Assembly: GCF_014857065.1 (NCBI RefSeq)
Contig: NZ_CP046533.1
Coordinates: forward strand, 660,001-692,000
DNA length: 32,000 nt
From: Candidatus Saccharimonadota bacterium
Lineage (GTDB): Bacteria > Pseudomonadota > Gammaproteobacteria > Enterobacterales > Enterobacteriaceae
Direction: 5' to 3'
Every line of letters starts with the position of its first letter. Within the stretch, counting starts at the first letter, position 1. The notes below the pieces were generated by a model. The model was not told where the DNA came from and did not search any database. It saw only the letters and a list, made by a program, of their open reading frames with translations. Shown one piece after another: positions 9,760 through 20,598 of this stretch. The position numbers were made by a program, and so were the translations under genes.

Positions 9760-10367
9760 GTGAATGTAATGCATACTATTGATTTTTAATATTTATTTTA
9801 TAATATTCTTCACTTTTATGTATGATAATTTTTATGGATATGGAGTATGATACATCATTCACTGTGATGATATTCTTAATAAATAAGATATTGTAGAAGA
9901 TATCGTATGTTTTAAATGTAGTATTAATTGTTGTTCAAAAAATCCGATTGGATTGTGTTAAGTTCATTTTAATTGTTTAATAGTTATTGTGCTTATTTGT
10001 AATAAATAAATATGTGTAAATTTGTATCGTAGAGAGTTTATTTTTAATTTTAAAATATAATTACTACAATTTGATATTTGTTTAATCGGTATTTTGTTTA
10101 TTAGAGTTTTTAGTTGCATGTGATTTATAGTTATATATTATATTTATTTTGTTTTCTGTTGAGTTTTATACATTACATAATTTTAATTTTGTTAATGTTT
10201 GCAAACGTTTATTTTAGGTTTTAAGATATTGCATGTATAATTAGATTTTATTTGAACATGGTTGTTTTGTGTATAATTTTGATTAAAATCTACAGTTGTA
10301 TATTATTTCCATGATATATTTAAATCGTGAGTAAAATGGTTGTTTACATTTTATTTAAATAAATATA

Positions 10368-10412
10368 AGATTTTAAGATTTCAATCTATCAAGATTTTAG
10401 TATTTTAAGAAT
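10368..10412 (+). repeat. short AT-rich direct repeats (AAGATTTT / TTTTAAGA) just upstream of the nuoA start
   Basis: AAGATTTT occurs at 10368 and 10391, with AAGATTTC at 10376. TTTTAAGA occurs at 10371 and 10403, and also at 10219. Read directly from the sequence; function unknown. Confidence 0.6.
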
Positions 10413-10414
10413 AT

Positions 10415-10807
10415 ATGGAAAGTAATTGGGGATTAATCATATTTTTTTTGGGTGCATTAAGTATTTGTTTTATCATGTTGCTTTGTGGTTTTTTATTAGG
10501 AGAACGTTCTCGATATGATTTAAAAAAAGAGTCGCCTTTTGAATCTGGAATAGATTCTGTAGGTAGTGCTAGATTAAATTTTTCAATTAAATTTTATTTA
10601 ATATCCGTAATTTTCGTTATTTTTGATGCAGAAAGTTTATATTTGTATACGTGGGCTGTTGTTATACGTGAAGCAGGTTGGTCGGGATTTATTGAGTCTT
10701 CTATTTTTATTTTTATTTTGTTGATAACTTTAATATATTTATTTAGGGTCGGTATATTTGATTGGATTAAACGTCCTATATCTTATCGTATAAATAATGT
10801 ATTGTAA
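10415..10807 (+). CDS. nuoA: NADH:quinone oxidoreductase subunit A
   Basis: 130 aa with three TM helices. It contains PFESGIDSVGSARLNFSIKFYL and FDAESLYLY. It is the first gene of the colinear nuoA-N cluster. Confidence 0.93.
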   Translation: MESNWGLIIFFLGALSICFIMLLCGFLLGERSRYDLKKESPFESGIDSVGSARLNFSIKFYLISVIFVIFDAESLYLYTWAVVIREAGWSGFIESSIFIFILLITLIYLFRVGIFDWIKRPISYRINNVL

Positions 10808-10872
10808 TATATTAAATGATTATTTATTTTGAACAATTTTTGTTTATTACTGATTGATGGCGGCATAAATAT

Positions 10873-11547
10873 ATGAAATATTTTATTACAAATGCAGAAT
10901 CTAATAAAAATAGCAATTACAGTAGTACTGTAGATATTTCTAGTGTGGATAATCTTGCAGATAGAGGTGCAAAAAATAACGTATATTTTGGTAAATTGAA
11001 CATTTTTTTGCAAAAGATAGTTAATTGGGGTAGAAGTAATTCAATTTGGCCTTATAATTTTGGATTATCTTGTTGTTACGTCGAAATGGTAACATCTTTT
11101 ACTTCCGTTCATGATGTAGCACGTTTTGGTTCTGAAGTGATTAGGTCTTCTCCTAGACAATCAGATTTAATGGTTGTGGCTGGGACTCCCTTTGTTAAGA
11201 TGGCCCCTGTTATTAAAAAATTATACGAACAAATGTTAGAGCCTAAATGGGTAATTTCTATGGGTGCATGTGCTAATTCTGGAGGAATGTATGATATTTA
11301 TTCTGTAGTACAGGGTGTTGATAAACTTATTCCCGTTGATGTTTATATACCTGGTTGTCCTCCTAGACCAGAATCTTATATACAGGCATTGTTATTACTA
11401 AAAGAGTGTATTAAAAATGAACGTCGTCCATTGTCTTGGGTTATTGGTAAACAAGATGTATATCGTGCCCCTGTTCAGTCTGAACGTGATTGTAAGCGTA
11501 GTGTGCGTATTGCGACAGTTAATTTACGTTCTCCAGATAATGTATAA
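10873..11547 (+). CDS. nuoB: NADH:quinone oxidoreductase subunit B
   Basis: 224 aa. [14 protein letters not shown]...[11 protein letters not shown]...[10 protein letters not shown] carries the N2 cluster cysteines. Confidence 0.95.
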   Translation: MKYFITNAESNKNSNYSSTVDISSVDNLADRGAKNNVYFGKLNIFLQKIVNWGRSNSIWPYNFGLSCCYVEMVTSFTSVHDVARFGSEVIRSSPRQSDLMVVAGTPFVKMAPVIKKLYEQMLEPKWVISMGACANSGGMYDIYSVVQGVDKLIPVDVYIPGCPPRPESYIQALLLLKECIKNERRPLSWVIGKQDVYRAPVQSERDCKRSVRIATVNLRSPDNV

Positions 11548-11666
11548 ATTTTCTTAAGGTAATTTGTTTCTTATTTACTCTTACTCAATAAAATTAAGAC
11601 AAGTAGAATAATGATGATGTTATTTTAGATTTGTTTTAATATTCATATTAAATAGGTAGTTAATAT

Positions 11667-13460
11667 ATGTGTAGTATTGAAAGTACTAATTGTTTAAGTG
11701 ATTCTAAATCTCGCTGCTATAGTGATTCAATAATTAATGAACTCCAAGATATATTTGTAGAATTTGATTTTGTATTTCAGTCTATATGTACAGAATTGAC
11801 GGTGATATGGATTTCTCGTAAAGAACTTATTCCTATTTTAAATTTTTTAAAAACAGTATCAAAGCCATATACCATGTTGTATGACTTACATGGTATAGAC
11901 GAAAGATTACGCATACATCGTAAATATTTGCCAAAGTCTGATTTTACTGTTTTTTATCATCTTATATCTATTGATCGTAATAAAGATATTTTAATTAAAG
12001 TTCCATTATTGGAAAATTCATTATGTCTGCCAACTGTTACTCGTTTATTTTGTAATGCTAATTGGTATGAACGAGAAACTTGGGAGATGTTTGGGATCTT
12101 TTTTGAAGATCATCCTCATCTAACTCGTATTCTTATGCCAAATACGTGGCAAGGTTATCCTTTACGTAAAGATTATCCTGCAAGAGCTACTGAATTTCCT
12201 CCTTTTGTTTTTGATAAAAACAAAGAAGACATAGAAATGAAATCTTTAGTTTTTAATCCTAAAGAATGGGGTATGAAAAGGAATAATAATAAAGAAAATT
12301 TTATGTTTTTGAATTTGGGTCCTAATCATCCTTCCGTTCATGGAGTATTTCGTATTATATTACAATTAATTGGAGAAGAGATTATAGATTGCGTTCCTGA
12401 TATTGGTTATCATCATCGTGGCGCTGAAAAAATGGCTGAACGTCAATCTTGGCATTCTTACATTCCTTATACTGATAGAATTGAATATCTTGGTGGTTGT
12501 ATTAATGAAATGCCTTACATATTAGCCATAGAAAAGATGGTGGGAATTGTTGTTCCAGATAGGGTAAATTGTATTAGGGTGATGTTGTCAGAATTATTTC
12601 GCATTAATAGTCATCTTTTATATATTAGCACTTTCATACAAGATATAGGCGGTATGACTCCAGTATTTTTGGCTTTTACTGATCGTCAAAAAATTTATGA
12701 TGTTATTGAGGCCATTACTGGTTTTAGGATGCATCCTGCTTGGTTTAGGATTGGTGGTGTAGCTCACGATTTACCCAATGGTTGGGACGGTTTATTACGC
12801 GAATGTCTTAATTGGTTACCGAAGAGACTTGATTACTATATGAAGGCTTCATTGAAAAATCATATTTTACGAAGTCGCTCCCAAGGAGTAGGTAGTTATT
12901 TTGCAAAAGATGCAATTGAATGGGGAATAACAGGGGCAGGTCTGCGTGCTACTGGAATTAATTTTGATGTTCGCAAAAATCGTCCTTATTCTGGATATAG
13001 TAATTTCGATTTTGAAGTTCCTTTAGGTAATGGTGTAAGTGATTGTTATACTCGTGTAATGTTAAAAATGGAAGAAATATATCAAAGTTTGCGTATTCTT
13101 TGGCAGTGTTTAGAAAACATGCCTTCAGGAGCATTTAAAGCAGATCATCCATTCACTACGCCTCCACATAAAGATTATGTACTTAAACATATTGAAACAC
13201 TTGTGACACATTTTTTACAAGTTTCTTGGGGGATTGTGATACCAGCTAATGAATCTTTTCAAATGGTCGAAGCTACCAAAGGTATTAATAGTTATTATTT
13301 AATTAGCGATGGTGGTAATATGAGTTACAGAACGCGTATTAGAACTCCTAGTTTTCCTCATTTGCAACAAATTCCTTCAGTAATTCGTGGCAATTTGATA
13401 TCAGATTTGATTGTATATTTAGGTAGTATTGATTTTGTTATGTCAGATGTGGATCGATAA
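11667..13460 (+). CDS. nuoC: NADH:quinone oxidoreductase fused subunit C/D
   Basis: 597 aa in a single ORF covering the NuoC part ([17 protein letters not shown]) and the NuoD part ([12 protein letters not shown]...[12 protein letters not shown]). The fusion is the same as in E. coli. Confidence 0.95.
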   Translation: MCSIESTNCLSDSKSRCYSDSIINELQDIFVEFDFVFQSICTELTVIWISRKELIPILNFLKTVSKPYTMLYDLHGIDERLRIHRKYLPKSDFTVFYHLISIDRNKDILIKVPLLENSLCLPTVTRLFCNANWYERETWEMFGIFFEDHPHLTRILMPNTWQGYPLRKDYPARATEFPPFVFDKNKEDIEMKSLVFNPKEWGMKRNNNKENFMFLNLGPNHPSVHGVFRIILQLIGEEIIDCVPDIGYHHRGAEKMAERQSWHSYIPYTDRIEYLGGCINEMPYILAIEKMVGIVVPDRVNCIRVMLSELFRINSHLLYISTFIQDIGGMTPVFLAFTDRQKIYDVIEAITGFRMHPAWFRIGGVAHDLPNGWDGLLRECLNWLPKRLDYYMKASLKNHILRSRSQGVGSYFAKDAIEWGITGAGLRATGINFDVRKNRPYSGYSNFDFEVPLGNGVSDCYTRVMLKMEEIYQSLRILWQCLENMPSGAFKADHPFTTPPHKDYVLKHIETLVTHFLQVSWGIVIPANESFQMVEATKGINSYYLISDGGNMSYRTRIRTPSFPHLQQIPSVIRGNLISDLIVYLGSIDFVMSDVDR

Positions 13461-13463
13461 TTT

Positions 13464-13976
13464 ATGGAAGTTCGTCAAGACAAGATTAACTTTATAGTTA
13501 ATGATAAAGCTTCTTCTTTAAATCAAGAAGAATTAGATGCTATACAACGAGAAATATGTCATTATGAAGATGTTCGTTCTATTGCTGTAGAAGCATTAAA
13601 AATAGTACAGAAAAATAGAGGTTGGATTTCAGATAAAAACCTTGAAGACATCGCATTTGCATTAGGTATATCTAGTTGTGAATTAGAAGAAATAGCTACA
13701 TTTTATAGTCAAATTTTCCGTAAACCAGTAGGTCAAAATATAATTCGTTTTTGTGATAGCGTTGTATGTTATATTAATGGTTATAAAAAAATACAAGCTG
13801 CTTTAGAGAAAATTTTAATGATTATTCCAGGACAAACTGATGTTAATGGAAAGTTTACTTTACTTCCAACTTGTTGTTTAGGAAAATGTGATCAGGGTCC
13901 TGTAATAATGGTGAATGACGATATGTATGTAAGTTTGCTACCGGAACATATAGATTGTATTTTGGAGAAATATTAA
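13464..13976 (+). CDS. nuoE: NADH:quinone oxidoreductase subunit E
   Basis: 170 aa with the 2Fe-2S ligand pattern RFCDSVVC...[10 protein letters not shown]. It starts 3 nt after the nuoCD stop. Confidence 0.93.
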   Translation: MEVRQDKINFIVNDKASSLNQEELDAIQREICHYEDVRSIAVEALKIVQKNRGWISDKNLEDIAFALGISSCELEEIATFYSQIFRKPVGQNIIRFCDSVVCYINGYKKIQAALEKILMIIPGQTDVNGKFTLLPTCCLGKCDQGPVIMVNDDMYVSLLPEHIDCILEKY

Positions 13977-15295
13977 TGAGCGATTTTTTTTTACGTACTC
14001 CTGAAAAACATCCTTTGACTTGGCGTATTCGTGATGACCATAAACCAACTTGGTTAAAAGAGTATCAAAATAAAAATGGTTATGTTGCTTTACGCAAAGC
14101 GTTTAAGTTTATGTCATGTCATGAGATTGTCAGTTTAGTACAAAATTCTGGTTTAAGGGGACGTGGTGGTGCTGGTTTTCCTACTGGTGCTAAATGGAGT
14201 ATGATAACATCACAGCCTGATCAAGAAAATATACGTTATTTATTATGTAATGCAGATGAAATGGAACCAGGTACTTATAAAGATAGATTATTGATGGAGA
14301 CATCACCTCATCTTTTAATAGAAGGCATATTGATTGCGGCTTATACGTTGAAAGCTAATCGTGGATATATTTTTTTACGTTATGAGTATGTTTATGCAGC
14401 TTCTTGTTTATCACGTGCTATTCAAGAAGCTACTGCAGCGGGGCTAATTGGTACTAATATACTTGGTAGTGGTTTTAACTTTGAGTTATACTTACACACT
14501 GGTGCTGGACGTTATATTTGCGGAGAAGAAACTGCATTAATTAATTCTTTAGAAGGCAAAAGACCAATTCCACGCGCAAAGCCTCCTTTTCCAGCCGATG
14601 TTGGATTATGGGGGAGACCTACTTGTGTAAATAATGTAGAAACTTTATGTAATATACCAGCTATTATTGAAAATGGTGTTTCTTGGTATAGAAGTATTTC
14701 TAAGAGCAGCAGTAAAGATACTGGTACGAAACTGATGGGATTTTCTGGTCGAGTCAATAATCCTGGTATATGGGAATTACCTTTTGGTATTTCTGCTCGA
14801 GAAATTTTAGAAGATTATGCTGGGGGTATGCGTTCTGGATTATTTTTAAAAGCTTGGCAGCCTGGAGGTGCGAGTACTGCTTTTTTTACTAGTGATCATT
14901 TAGATATTGGTATGGATTTTGAAAAAGTTAGTATTGCAGGTAGTCGAATAGGTACTGCTATTGCTATGGCTGTTGATAATAAGATTAACATGGTGTCTTT
15001 AGTGCGCAATTTAGAAGAGTTTTTTTCTAGAGAATCTTGTGGTTTTTGTACTCCATGTCGGGATGGTTTACCTTGGATAGTTAAACTATTAGTTTCATTA
15101 GAAGAAAAAACAGGATATTATGAGGACATTAAAATTCTTGAGGAGTTATGTTATGTACTAGGTCCTGGAAAGACTTTTTGCGCTCATGCTCCAGGGGCAA
15201 TGGAACCTTTGCAAAGTGCATTGAAGTATTTTATGGAAGAATTTGAGGATGGTGTTTTAAATAAGTTTATTGTAAATACGCGTCAAATTTGGTAA
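13976..15295 (+). CDS. nuoF: NADH:quinone oxidoreductase subunit F
   Basis: The ATG at 13976 overlaps the nuoE stop (TAATG) and gives [17 protein letters not shown], matching the E. coli NuoF N-terminus. The 13955 start in the track is probably too far upstream. It has the FMN/NADH motifs [10 protein letters not shown] and [10 protein letters not shown] and the N3 cysteines [10 protein letters not shown]. Confidence 0.93.
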   Translation: MSDFFLRTPEKHPLTWRIRDDHKPTWLKEYQNKNGYVALRKAFKFMSCHEIVSLVQNSGLRGRGGAGFPTGAKWSMITSQPDQENIRYLLCNADEMEPGTYKDRLLMETSPHLLIEGILIAAYTLKANRGYIFLRYEYVYAASCLSRAIQEATAAGLIGTNILGSGFNFELYLHTGAGRYICGEETALINSLEGKRPIPRAKPPFPADVGLWGRPTCVNNVETLCNIPAIIENGVSWYRSISKSSSKDTGTKLMGFSGRVNNPGIWELPFGISAREILEDYAGGMRSGLFLKAWQPGGASTAFFTSDHLDIGMDFEKVSIAGSRIGTAIAMAVDNKINMVSLVRNLEEFFSRESCGFCTPCRDGLPWIVKLLVSLEEKTGYYEDIKILEELCYVLGPGKTFCAHAPGAMEPLQSALKYFMEEFEDGVLNKFIVNTRQIW

Positions 15296-15398
15296 TTTAA
15301 AATAGTATAATCAGGCGACAATCTTTACTGTGAAAGTATATTCGTAATAATGCTCATAATGTTACAAATTGGAGTGTGTTTTGTACGTGTGTTTTAGA

Positions 15399-15417
15399 TT
15401 TTGTTTTGTTTTGTTTG
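15399..15417 (+). repeat. (TTTTG)3-TTTG microsatellite in the nuoF-nuoG spacer
   Basis: Read directly from the sequence. It is preceded by a 9-bp direct repeat GTGTGTTTT at 15374-15382 and 15387-15395. Confidence 0.85.
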
Positions 15418-15451
15418 CATTTTATTTATAAAAATTTTAATTATTTAAATT

Positions 15452-18190
15452 ATGGCAATTATTATTATAGACGGGAAAAATTATGAAGTTTATGCATCAA
15501 CTAATTTGTTAGCAGCTTGTCTATCCTTAGGTTTTGATCTTCCTTATTTTTGTTGGCATCCTGCTCTTGGTAGTATTGGTGCTTGTCGTCAATGTGTTAT
15601 TAAACAATATCAAGACAATGATGTTAATTCAGAAAGATTAATAATGGCTTGTATGACTCCAGTATCACATGGTATTCGTATCTCACTTATAGATGATGAA
15701 GTGCAAAAGTTTAGGCAAAATATCATTGAATTGCTTATGATTAATCATCCACATGATTGTCCAGTTTGTGAAGAAGGTGGTAATTGTCATTTACAAGATA
15801 TGACAGTAATGGTTGGAAAAAGTTTTCGTCGTTATCGTTTTAATAAACGTACATATCGTAATCAATATTTAGGTCCTTTTATTTCGCATGAAATGAATCG
15901 TTGTATTTCTTGTTATCGGTGTGTACGTTATTACAGGGATTATGCTGATGGTGATGATTTAGGTGTATATGGTGCACACGACAATATTTATTTTGGTCGT
16001 GTGCAAGATGGTGCATTAGACAGTGAGTTTTCTGGTAATCTTGTAGAAATTTGTCCTACAGGAGTGTTTACTGATAAGACTCATTCTCATCATTATGCTC
16101 GTAAATGGGATACTCAATTTTCTCCCAGCATCTGTCAACAATGTAGTGTGGGTTGTAATATAGTTATTGGTGAACGTTATGGGGAATTATGTCGCGTAGA
16201 AAATCGTTATAATGGTGATGTTAATGGTTATTTTTTATGTGATAGAGGTAGATTTGGTTGTGATTATATTAATTTAAAAAATCGTTTAAAACGGCCTATA
16301 CAAAAACAAGGTGTTAATCGGATTTTTTTGACCAGTATAGAAGAGTCTATTCAAGCAGCTGTGAATCTTTTGAATAATTCTCGTAAGATCATTGGTATTG
16401 GTTCTTCTCGTGCTAGTGTTGAAAGTAATTTTGCTTTAAGAGAATTAGTTGGTCAAAAAAATTTTTATACTGACATGTGTAGTAATGAACATAAGATGTT
16501 AAAGTTAATATTGGATATTTTAGGTAATAGTGGTTTATATACCCCGTCTTTGCGAGAAATAGAAGATTATGATGCCATTTTAATTTTGGGAGAAGATATT
16601 ACTCAGACTGCCGCGCGCATTGCTTTATCTATACGTCAAGCTGTAAAAAATAAAGCTAAAAAAATTGCAGCGACGCACAAAATATTAGAGTGGCAGGTTT
16701 CAGCAATTAAAAATTTTAGATATAACATTAAGTATCCATTATTCATTACTAATATTGATTCTACAAAATTAGATGATATTGCTGCATGTACTTATTATGA
16801 TTCAGTTAATGAGCAGGTAAGATTTGGTTTTGCTATTGCTCACGCATTAGATAGCTCTGCTCCTAAAGTGAATAATTTGGATTTTATTTATCAAGAGAAA
16901 TTCAATATGGTGGTTCAAGGATTATTAAAATCTAGCAAGCCGCTTATTATTAGTGGTACTAGTTCTGGTAGTGAATCTTTAATTGCTGCTTCAGCTAATA
17001 TTGCTAAAGCTTTAAAAAAGCTCAATAAGAGTGTCGGTATTACTTATGTTGTTTCTGATGCTAACAGTATTGGGTTAGCTATGCTTGAGGGTAATAGTTT
17101 AGACGATGCTTTTGATACTATAAGATATGGTTTAACTGATTGCGTTATTTTATTAGAAAATAATCTTTGTCGCCGTTATTCTACAGTATTAGTTGATAGT
17201 ATTTTAGATCAGATTAAAACATTTATTGTATTAGATCATCAGTATTATCACTTCCAAGATAAGGCTGATTTAGTTTTACCTTCTTTGACTTTTGCTGAAA
17301 GTGATGGTACGTTAATTAGTCAAGAAGGTCGTGCGCAGAGATTTTTTAAATGTTATAAACCAGATTTTTATGATAAAGACTTAGTGATTTTGGAAAGTTG
17401 GCGTTGGTTAAATTTATTACATTCTCTTTATTTAAAAGATGGTAATATTAAGTGTCTGTATTTCGATGATATAATAGATGTTATAGTTAAAAAAATTCCT
17501 CGATTAATTGATATTAAAAAAACAGCGCCTACAGCATCATTTCGCGTTCATGGCCAAAAATTGTCTAGATTGTCGCATCGTTATAGTGGACGTACTGCAA
17601 TACATGCTAATGTTAATGTACAAGAACCTTCTGTACCTTGTGACCCTGATTCTATGTTTGTTTTTTCCATGGAAGGAAATAATGCTCCTTATGCGCCTCG
17701 TCAACATATTTCTTTTGCCTGGGTTCCAGGTTGGAATTCCCCTCAAGCTTGGAATAAATTTCAAAATTATTCGGGTGGTCATTTACATTATGGAGATCCA
17801 GGAATACGGCTTTTTAAAAGTCATGATAAATCGTTGGATTGGTTTAATTTGATTCCATTGAAATCTTCTTCAGTTCAAAAAGATAATTGTTGGCGCATTG
17901 TATCTTATTGGCATTTATTTGGTAGTGAAGAAATGTCACAACGTTCAGTGTTTATCCAAAAGCGTATGTTAGAACCTTATGTTATGCTAAATAAAGATGA
18001 TGCAGATTTGATTGGTGTTAACAGTAACATGTTCTTATTTTTTATTTGTGCTGACCAGGAATGGTGTTTGCCTATAAAGTTTAGTAATTATCTGAATCAA
18101 GGATATATTGGTTTGCCATTAGGTTTTCCTGGTTTTTTTACATCGTTATTGGGGATGTGTGCTAGAAAATTACGTGGTGTTTTGTTATGA
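15452..18190 (+). CDS. nuoG: NADH:quinone oxidoreductase subunit G
   Basis: 912 aa. The N-terminal 2Fe-2S motif ([15 protein letters not shown]), [28 protein letters not shown] and CQQCSVGCN are all present. It is colinear with E. coli NuoG. Confidence 0.95.
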   Translation: MAIIIIDGKNYEVYASTNLLAACLSLGFDLPYFCWHPALGSIGACRQCVIKQYQDNDVNSERLIMACMTPVSHGIRISLIDDEVQKFRQNIIELLMINHPHDCPVCEEGGNCHLQDMTVMVGKSFRRYRFNKRTYRNQYLGPFISHEMNRCISCYRCVRYYRDYADGDDLGVYGAHDNIYFGRVQDGALDSEFSGNLVEICPTGVFTDKTHSHHYARKWDTQFSPSICQQCSVGCNIVIGERYGELCRVENRYNGDVNGYFLCDRGRFGCDYINLKNRLKRPIQKQGVNRIFLTSIEESIQAAVNLLNNSRKIIGIGSSRASVESNFALRELVGQKNFYTDMCSNEHKMLKLILDILGNSGLYTPSLREIEDYDAILILGEDITQTAARIALSIRQAVKNKAKKIAATHKILEWQVSAIKNFRYNIKYPLFITNIDSTKLDDIAACTYYDSVNEQVRFGFAIAHALDSSAPKVNNLDFIYQEKFNMVVQGLLKSSKPLIISGTSSGSESLIAASANIAKALKKLNKSVGITYVVSDANSIGLAMLEGNSLDDAFDTIRYGLTDCVILLENNLCRRYSTVLVDSILDQIKTFIVLDHQYYHFQDKADLVLPSLTFAESDGTLISQEGRAQRFFKCYKPDFYDKDLVILESWRWLNLLHSLYLKDGNIKCLYFDDIIDVIVKKIPRLIDIKKTAPTASFRVHGQKLSRLSHRYSGRTAIHANVNVQEPSVPCDPDSMFVFSMEGNNAPYAPRQHISFAWVPGWNSPQAWNKFQNYSGGHLHYGDPGIRLFKSHDKSLDWFNLIPLKSSSVQKDNCWRIVSYWHLFGSEEMSQRSVFIQKRMLEPYVMLNKDDADLIGVNSNMFLFFICADQEWCLPIKFSNYLNQGYIGLPLGFPGFFTSLLGMCARKLRGVLL

Positions 18191-19167
18191 ATCATTTACT
18201 TTTAAATTTTTGTGAAAATTTTTCTTTGATAAAAAGATCTTTATTTATTTTGATATCTGTATTTATTGCTGCTGCTTATTTAAGTTTTTTTGAGCGTCGT
18301 TTGCTTGGTTTATTTCAAAATCGTTATGGACCCAACAGAGTAGGATGGAATGGTTCTTTACAGTTATTAGCAGATTTAATTAAGATTATGTTTAAGGAAG
18401 ATTGGGTACCTCACTTTGCGGATAGGTTTATTTTTGTTATAGCTCCAATTTTAGCTTTTATGTTTTCTTTAATGATGATTGTAATAATACCAATTACTTC
18501 TACTTGGGTTATTGCTGATTTAAATATTGGTATACTTTTTTTTTTAATGATGTCTGGATTGACAGTTTATGCTGTTTTATTAGCTGGTTGGTCCAGTCAC
18601 AATAAGTATTCTTTGATGGGAGCTGTGCGTGCTGCGGCTCAGACTATTAGTTATGAAATTTTTTTAGGATTATCTATAATGGGAGTTGTATCTTTATCTG
18701 GTTCATTTAATTTATCTATTATAGTTAATGATCAGATAAATTTGTGGAATATAATACCTCAGTTTTTTGGATTCATTACTTTTTTTTTAGCATCTATAGC
18801 TGTTTGTCATCGTCATCCATTTGATCAACCTGAGTCGGAACAAGAATTAGCAAGTGGTTACCATATTGAGTATTCTGGTATGAAATTTGGTTTATTTTTT
18901 TTGAGTGAATATTTAGGATTAATCAGTGTTTCAGCTTTAATAGTTACTTTATTTTTTGGTGGTTGGCTTGGTCCATTGTGGTTACCACCATTTGTTTGGT
19001 TTATGTTAAAACTTATTTGTTTTTTGGTGTTATTTATTTTGATTCGTGCATCGCTGCCTCGTCCGCGTTATGATCAAGTAATGGAAATAGCTTGGAAAAT
19101 TTGTTTGCCTCTTACGTTGTGTAATTTATTAGTCACTGCGATTATTATTTTATGCAAAAATTATTAA
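18187..19167 (+). CDS. nuoH: NADH:quinone oxidoreductase subunit H
   Basis: 326 aa polytopic membrane protein with [18 protein letters not shown] and [11 protein letters not shown]. Its start overlaps the nuoG stop (ATGA). Confidence 0.95.
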   Translation: MNHLLLNFCENFSLIKRSLFILISVFIAAAYLSFFERRLLGLFQNRYGPNRVGWNGSLQLLADLIKIMFKEDWVPHFADRFIFVIAPILAFMFSLMMIVIIPITSTWVIADLNIGILFFLMMSGLTVYAVLLAGWSSHNKYSLMGAVRAAAQTISYEIFLGLSIMGVVSLSGSFNLSIIVNDQINLWNIIPQFFGFITFFLASIAVCHRHPFDQPESEQELASGYHIEYSGMKFGLFFLSEYLGLISVSALIVTLFFGGWLGPLWLPPFVWFMLKLICFLVLFILIRASLPRPRYDQVMEIAWKICLPLTLCNLLVTAIIILCKNY

Positions 19168-19187
19168 TGTAATATTTGGTAAGTATA

Positions 19188-19742
19188 ATGTTAAAATATT
19201 CTTCAATTAAAAAATTTTTTGCAGTAATTTTTAGTATTTTATATAGTATTATCCGTACTGGACTGCATATATTTAATAAACGTGAAACTAGAATGTATCC
19301 TGACGTTCCCGTGTATTTACCTCCTAGGTTTCGTGGTCGCATAATTTTAACTCGTGATTCTGATGGAAATGAACGTTGTGTTGCCTGTAATTTGTGTGCA
19401 GTTGCTTGTCCAGTAGATTGTATTGCATTAAAAAAATCAGAAACTAAGCAAGGTCGTTGGTATCCTGAATTTTTTCGCATTAATTTTTCACGTTGTATTT
19501 TTTGCGGTATGTGTGAAGAAGCATGTCCTACTATGGCTATTCAGTTGATTCCAGATTTTGAAATGAGTGAATTTAGGAGAAAAGATTTAATATATGAAAA
19601 GACAGATCTTTTAATTTCAGGTTCTGGTAAATATCCTGCATATGATTTTTATCGTGTAGCTGGTGTATTAATTGAAGATGATTCGGTAGATAAATTGAAT
19701 GGTAGAGAGCCAAGCATTGATGTTAAAAATTTATTACCTTAG
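19188..19742 (+). CDS. nuoI: NADH:quinone oxidoreductase subunit I
   Basis: It has two 4Fe-4S ferredoxin motifs ([12 protein letters not shown] and [12 protein letters not shown]). The ATG at 19188 gives 184 aa, close to the E. coli length of 180. The track start at 19176 is a TTG and remains a possible alternative. Confidence 0.9.
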   Translation: MLKYSSIKKFFAVIFSILYSIIRTGLHIFNKRETRMYPDVPVYLPPRFRGRIILTRDSDGNERCVACNLCAVACPVDCIALKKSETKQGRWYPEFFRINFSRCIFCGMCEEACPTMAIQLIPDFEMSEFRRKDLIYEKTDLLISGSGKYPAYDFYRVAGVLIEDDSVDKLNGREPSIDVKNLLP

Positions 19743-19759
19743 GTTTAGGAGATTGTAAA

Positions 19760-20254
19760 TTGGAGATATTATTTTATTTATCTAGTGTTGTTGCCGTTAT
19801 TGCGACATTACGAACAATTACTCATACTCGTCCATTGTATGCTTTATTGTATTTGGTTGTTTCATTATTATTTATTTCTTGCAGTTTTTTCTCTTTAGGA
19901 GCTTATTTTGCTGGTGCATTAGAAGTAATAATTTATGCTGGTGCTATTATGGTTCTTTTTGTATTTGTAATTATGTTGTTAAACGCCGATACGCTAAAAA
20001 TTAAATTTACATTTAATTTTTTAGATTTTGTAATTTATTTAAGTGCTTTTTTATTTTTTATTTCATTATTAACAATATTATCTGTTAATTTTTCTTGCGT
20101 TAAAGATTGTAGTATTGTTACCGCTTATTTAGTTGACGCGAAAAAGGTAGGGTTACTTTTATTTGGCCCATATCTTTTAGTTGTTGAGGTTGTATCTATG
20201 TTATTACTAGGAGGATTATTGATAGTATTACATTTTGGACATGATAGAAAATAA
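19760..20254 (+). CDS. nuoJ: NADH:quinone oxidoreductase subunit J
   Basis: 164 aa with a TTG start at 19760. AGGAG (19747-19751) lies 8 nt upstream. MEILFYLSSVVAVIATLRTITHT aligns with the E. coli NuoJ N-terminus. Confidence 0.9.
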   Translation: MEILFYLSSVVAVIATLRTITHTRPLYALLYLVVSLLFISCSFFSLGAYFAGALEVIIYAGAIMVLFVFVIMLLNADTLKIKFTFNFLDFVIYLSAFLFFISLLTILSVNFSCVKDCSIVTAYLVDAKKVGLLLFGPYLLVVEVVSMLLLGGLLIVLHFGHDRK

Positions 20255-20295
20255 GACATTTAAGATGATTCTGATTATTTAAATAAAGGAAAAAA

Positions 20296-20598
20296 ATGAT
20301 TCCATTATTTCATGCACTTGTTCTAGTAAGTATTTTGTTTATGTTAGGATTAATAGGCGTGATGGTGAGGCGCAATTTGTTTTTTATTTTGTTAGGGTTA
20401 GAGATTATGTTGAATGCTACAGCATTAGCATTTGTAGTAATTGGTGAATATTTCAAACAAGCGGAAGGGCAAGTTATGTATATTTTGATAATTACCCTAG
20501 CAGCGTCCAAAGCAAGTGTTTGTTTAACTTTTTTATTACGGTTGTATCGTAGCTATCAAGTTTTAGATATAGATAAAATTAGTGAGATACGTGGATGA
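20296..20598 (+). CDS. nuoK: NADH:quinone oxidoreductase subunit K
   Basis: 100 aa with three TM helices and [14 protein letters not shown] lies 5 nt upstream of the ATG. Confidence 0.93.
   Translation: MIPLFHALVLVSILFMLGLIGVMVRRNLFFILLGLEIMLNATALAFVVIGEYFKQAEGQVMYILIITLAASKASVCLTFLLRLYRSYQVLDIDKISEIRG

Noticed and set aside
17508-17852. A stretch of nuoG open in three frames: an off-frame 114-aa plus-strand ORF and an 81-aa minus-strand ORF at 17537-17782
   Set aside because: It coincides with a highly conserved NuoG segment (HRYSGRTA...[16 protein letters not shown]). The off-frame translations are hydrophobic or low-complexity with no recognisable domain. Chance openness is the best explanation. 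Only ribosome profiling could argue otherwise.
19145-19480. 111-aa minus-strand ORF antisense to the nuoH end and nuoI. Similar shadow ORFs occur at 5570-5767, 10783-11013, 14512-14757, 20310-20510, 21248-21436, 24103-24324, 29241-29438, 29729-29935 and 31617-31853.
   Set aside because: All are embedded in, or antisense to, genes with strong end-to-end homology. None has a recognisable motif.
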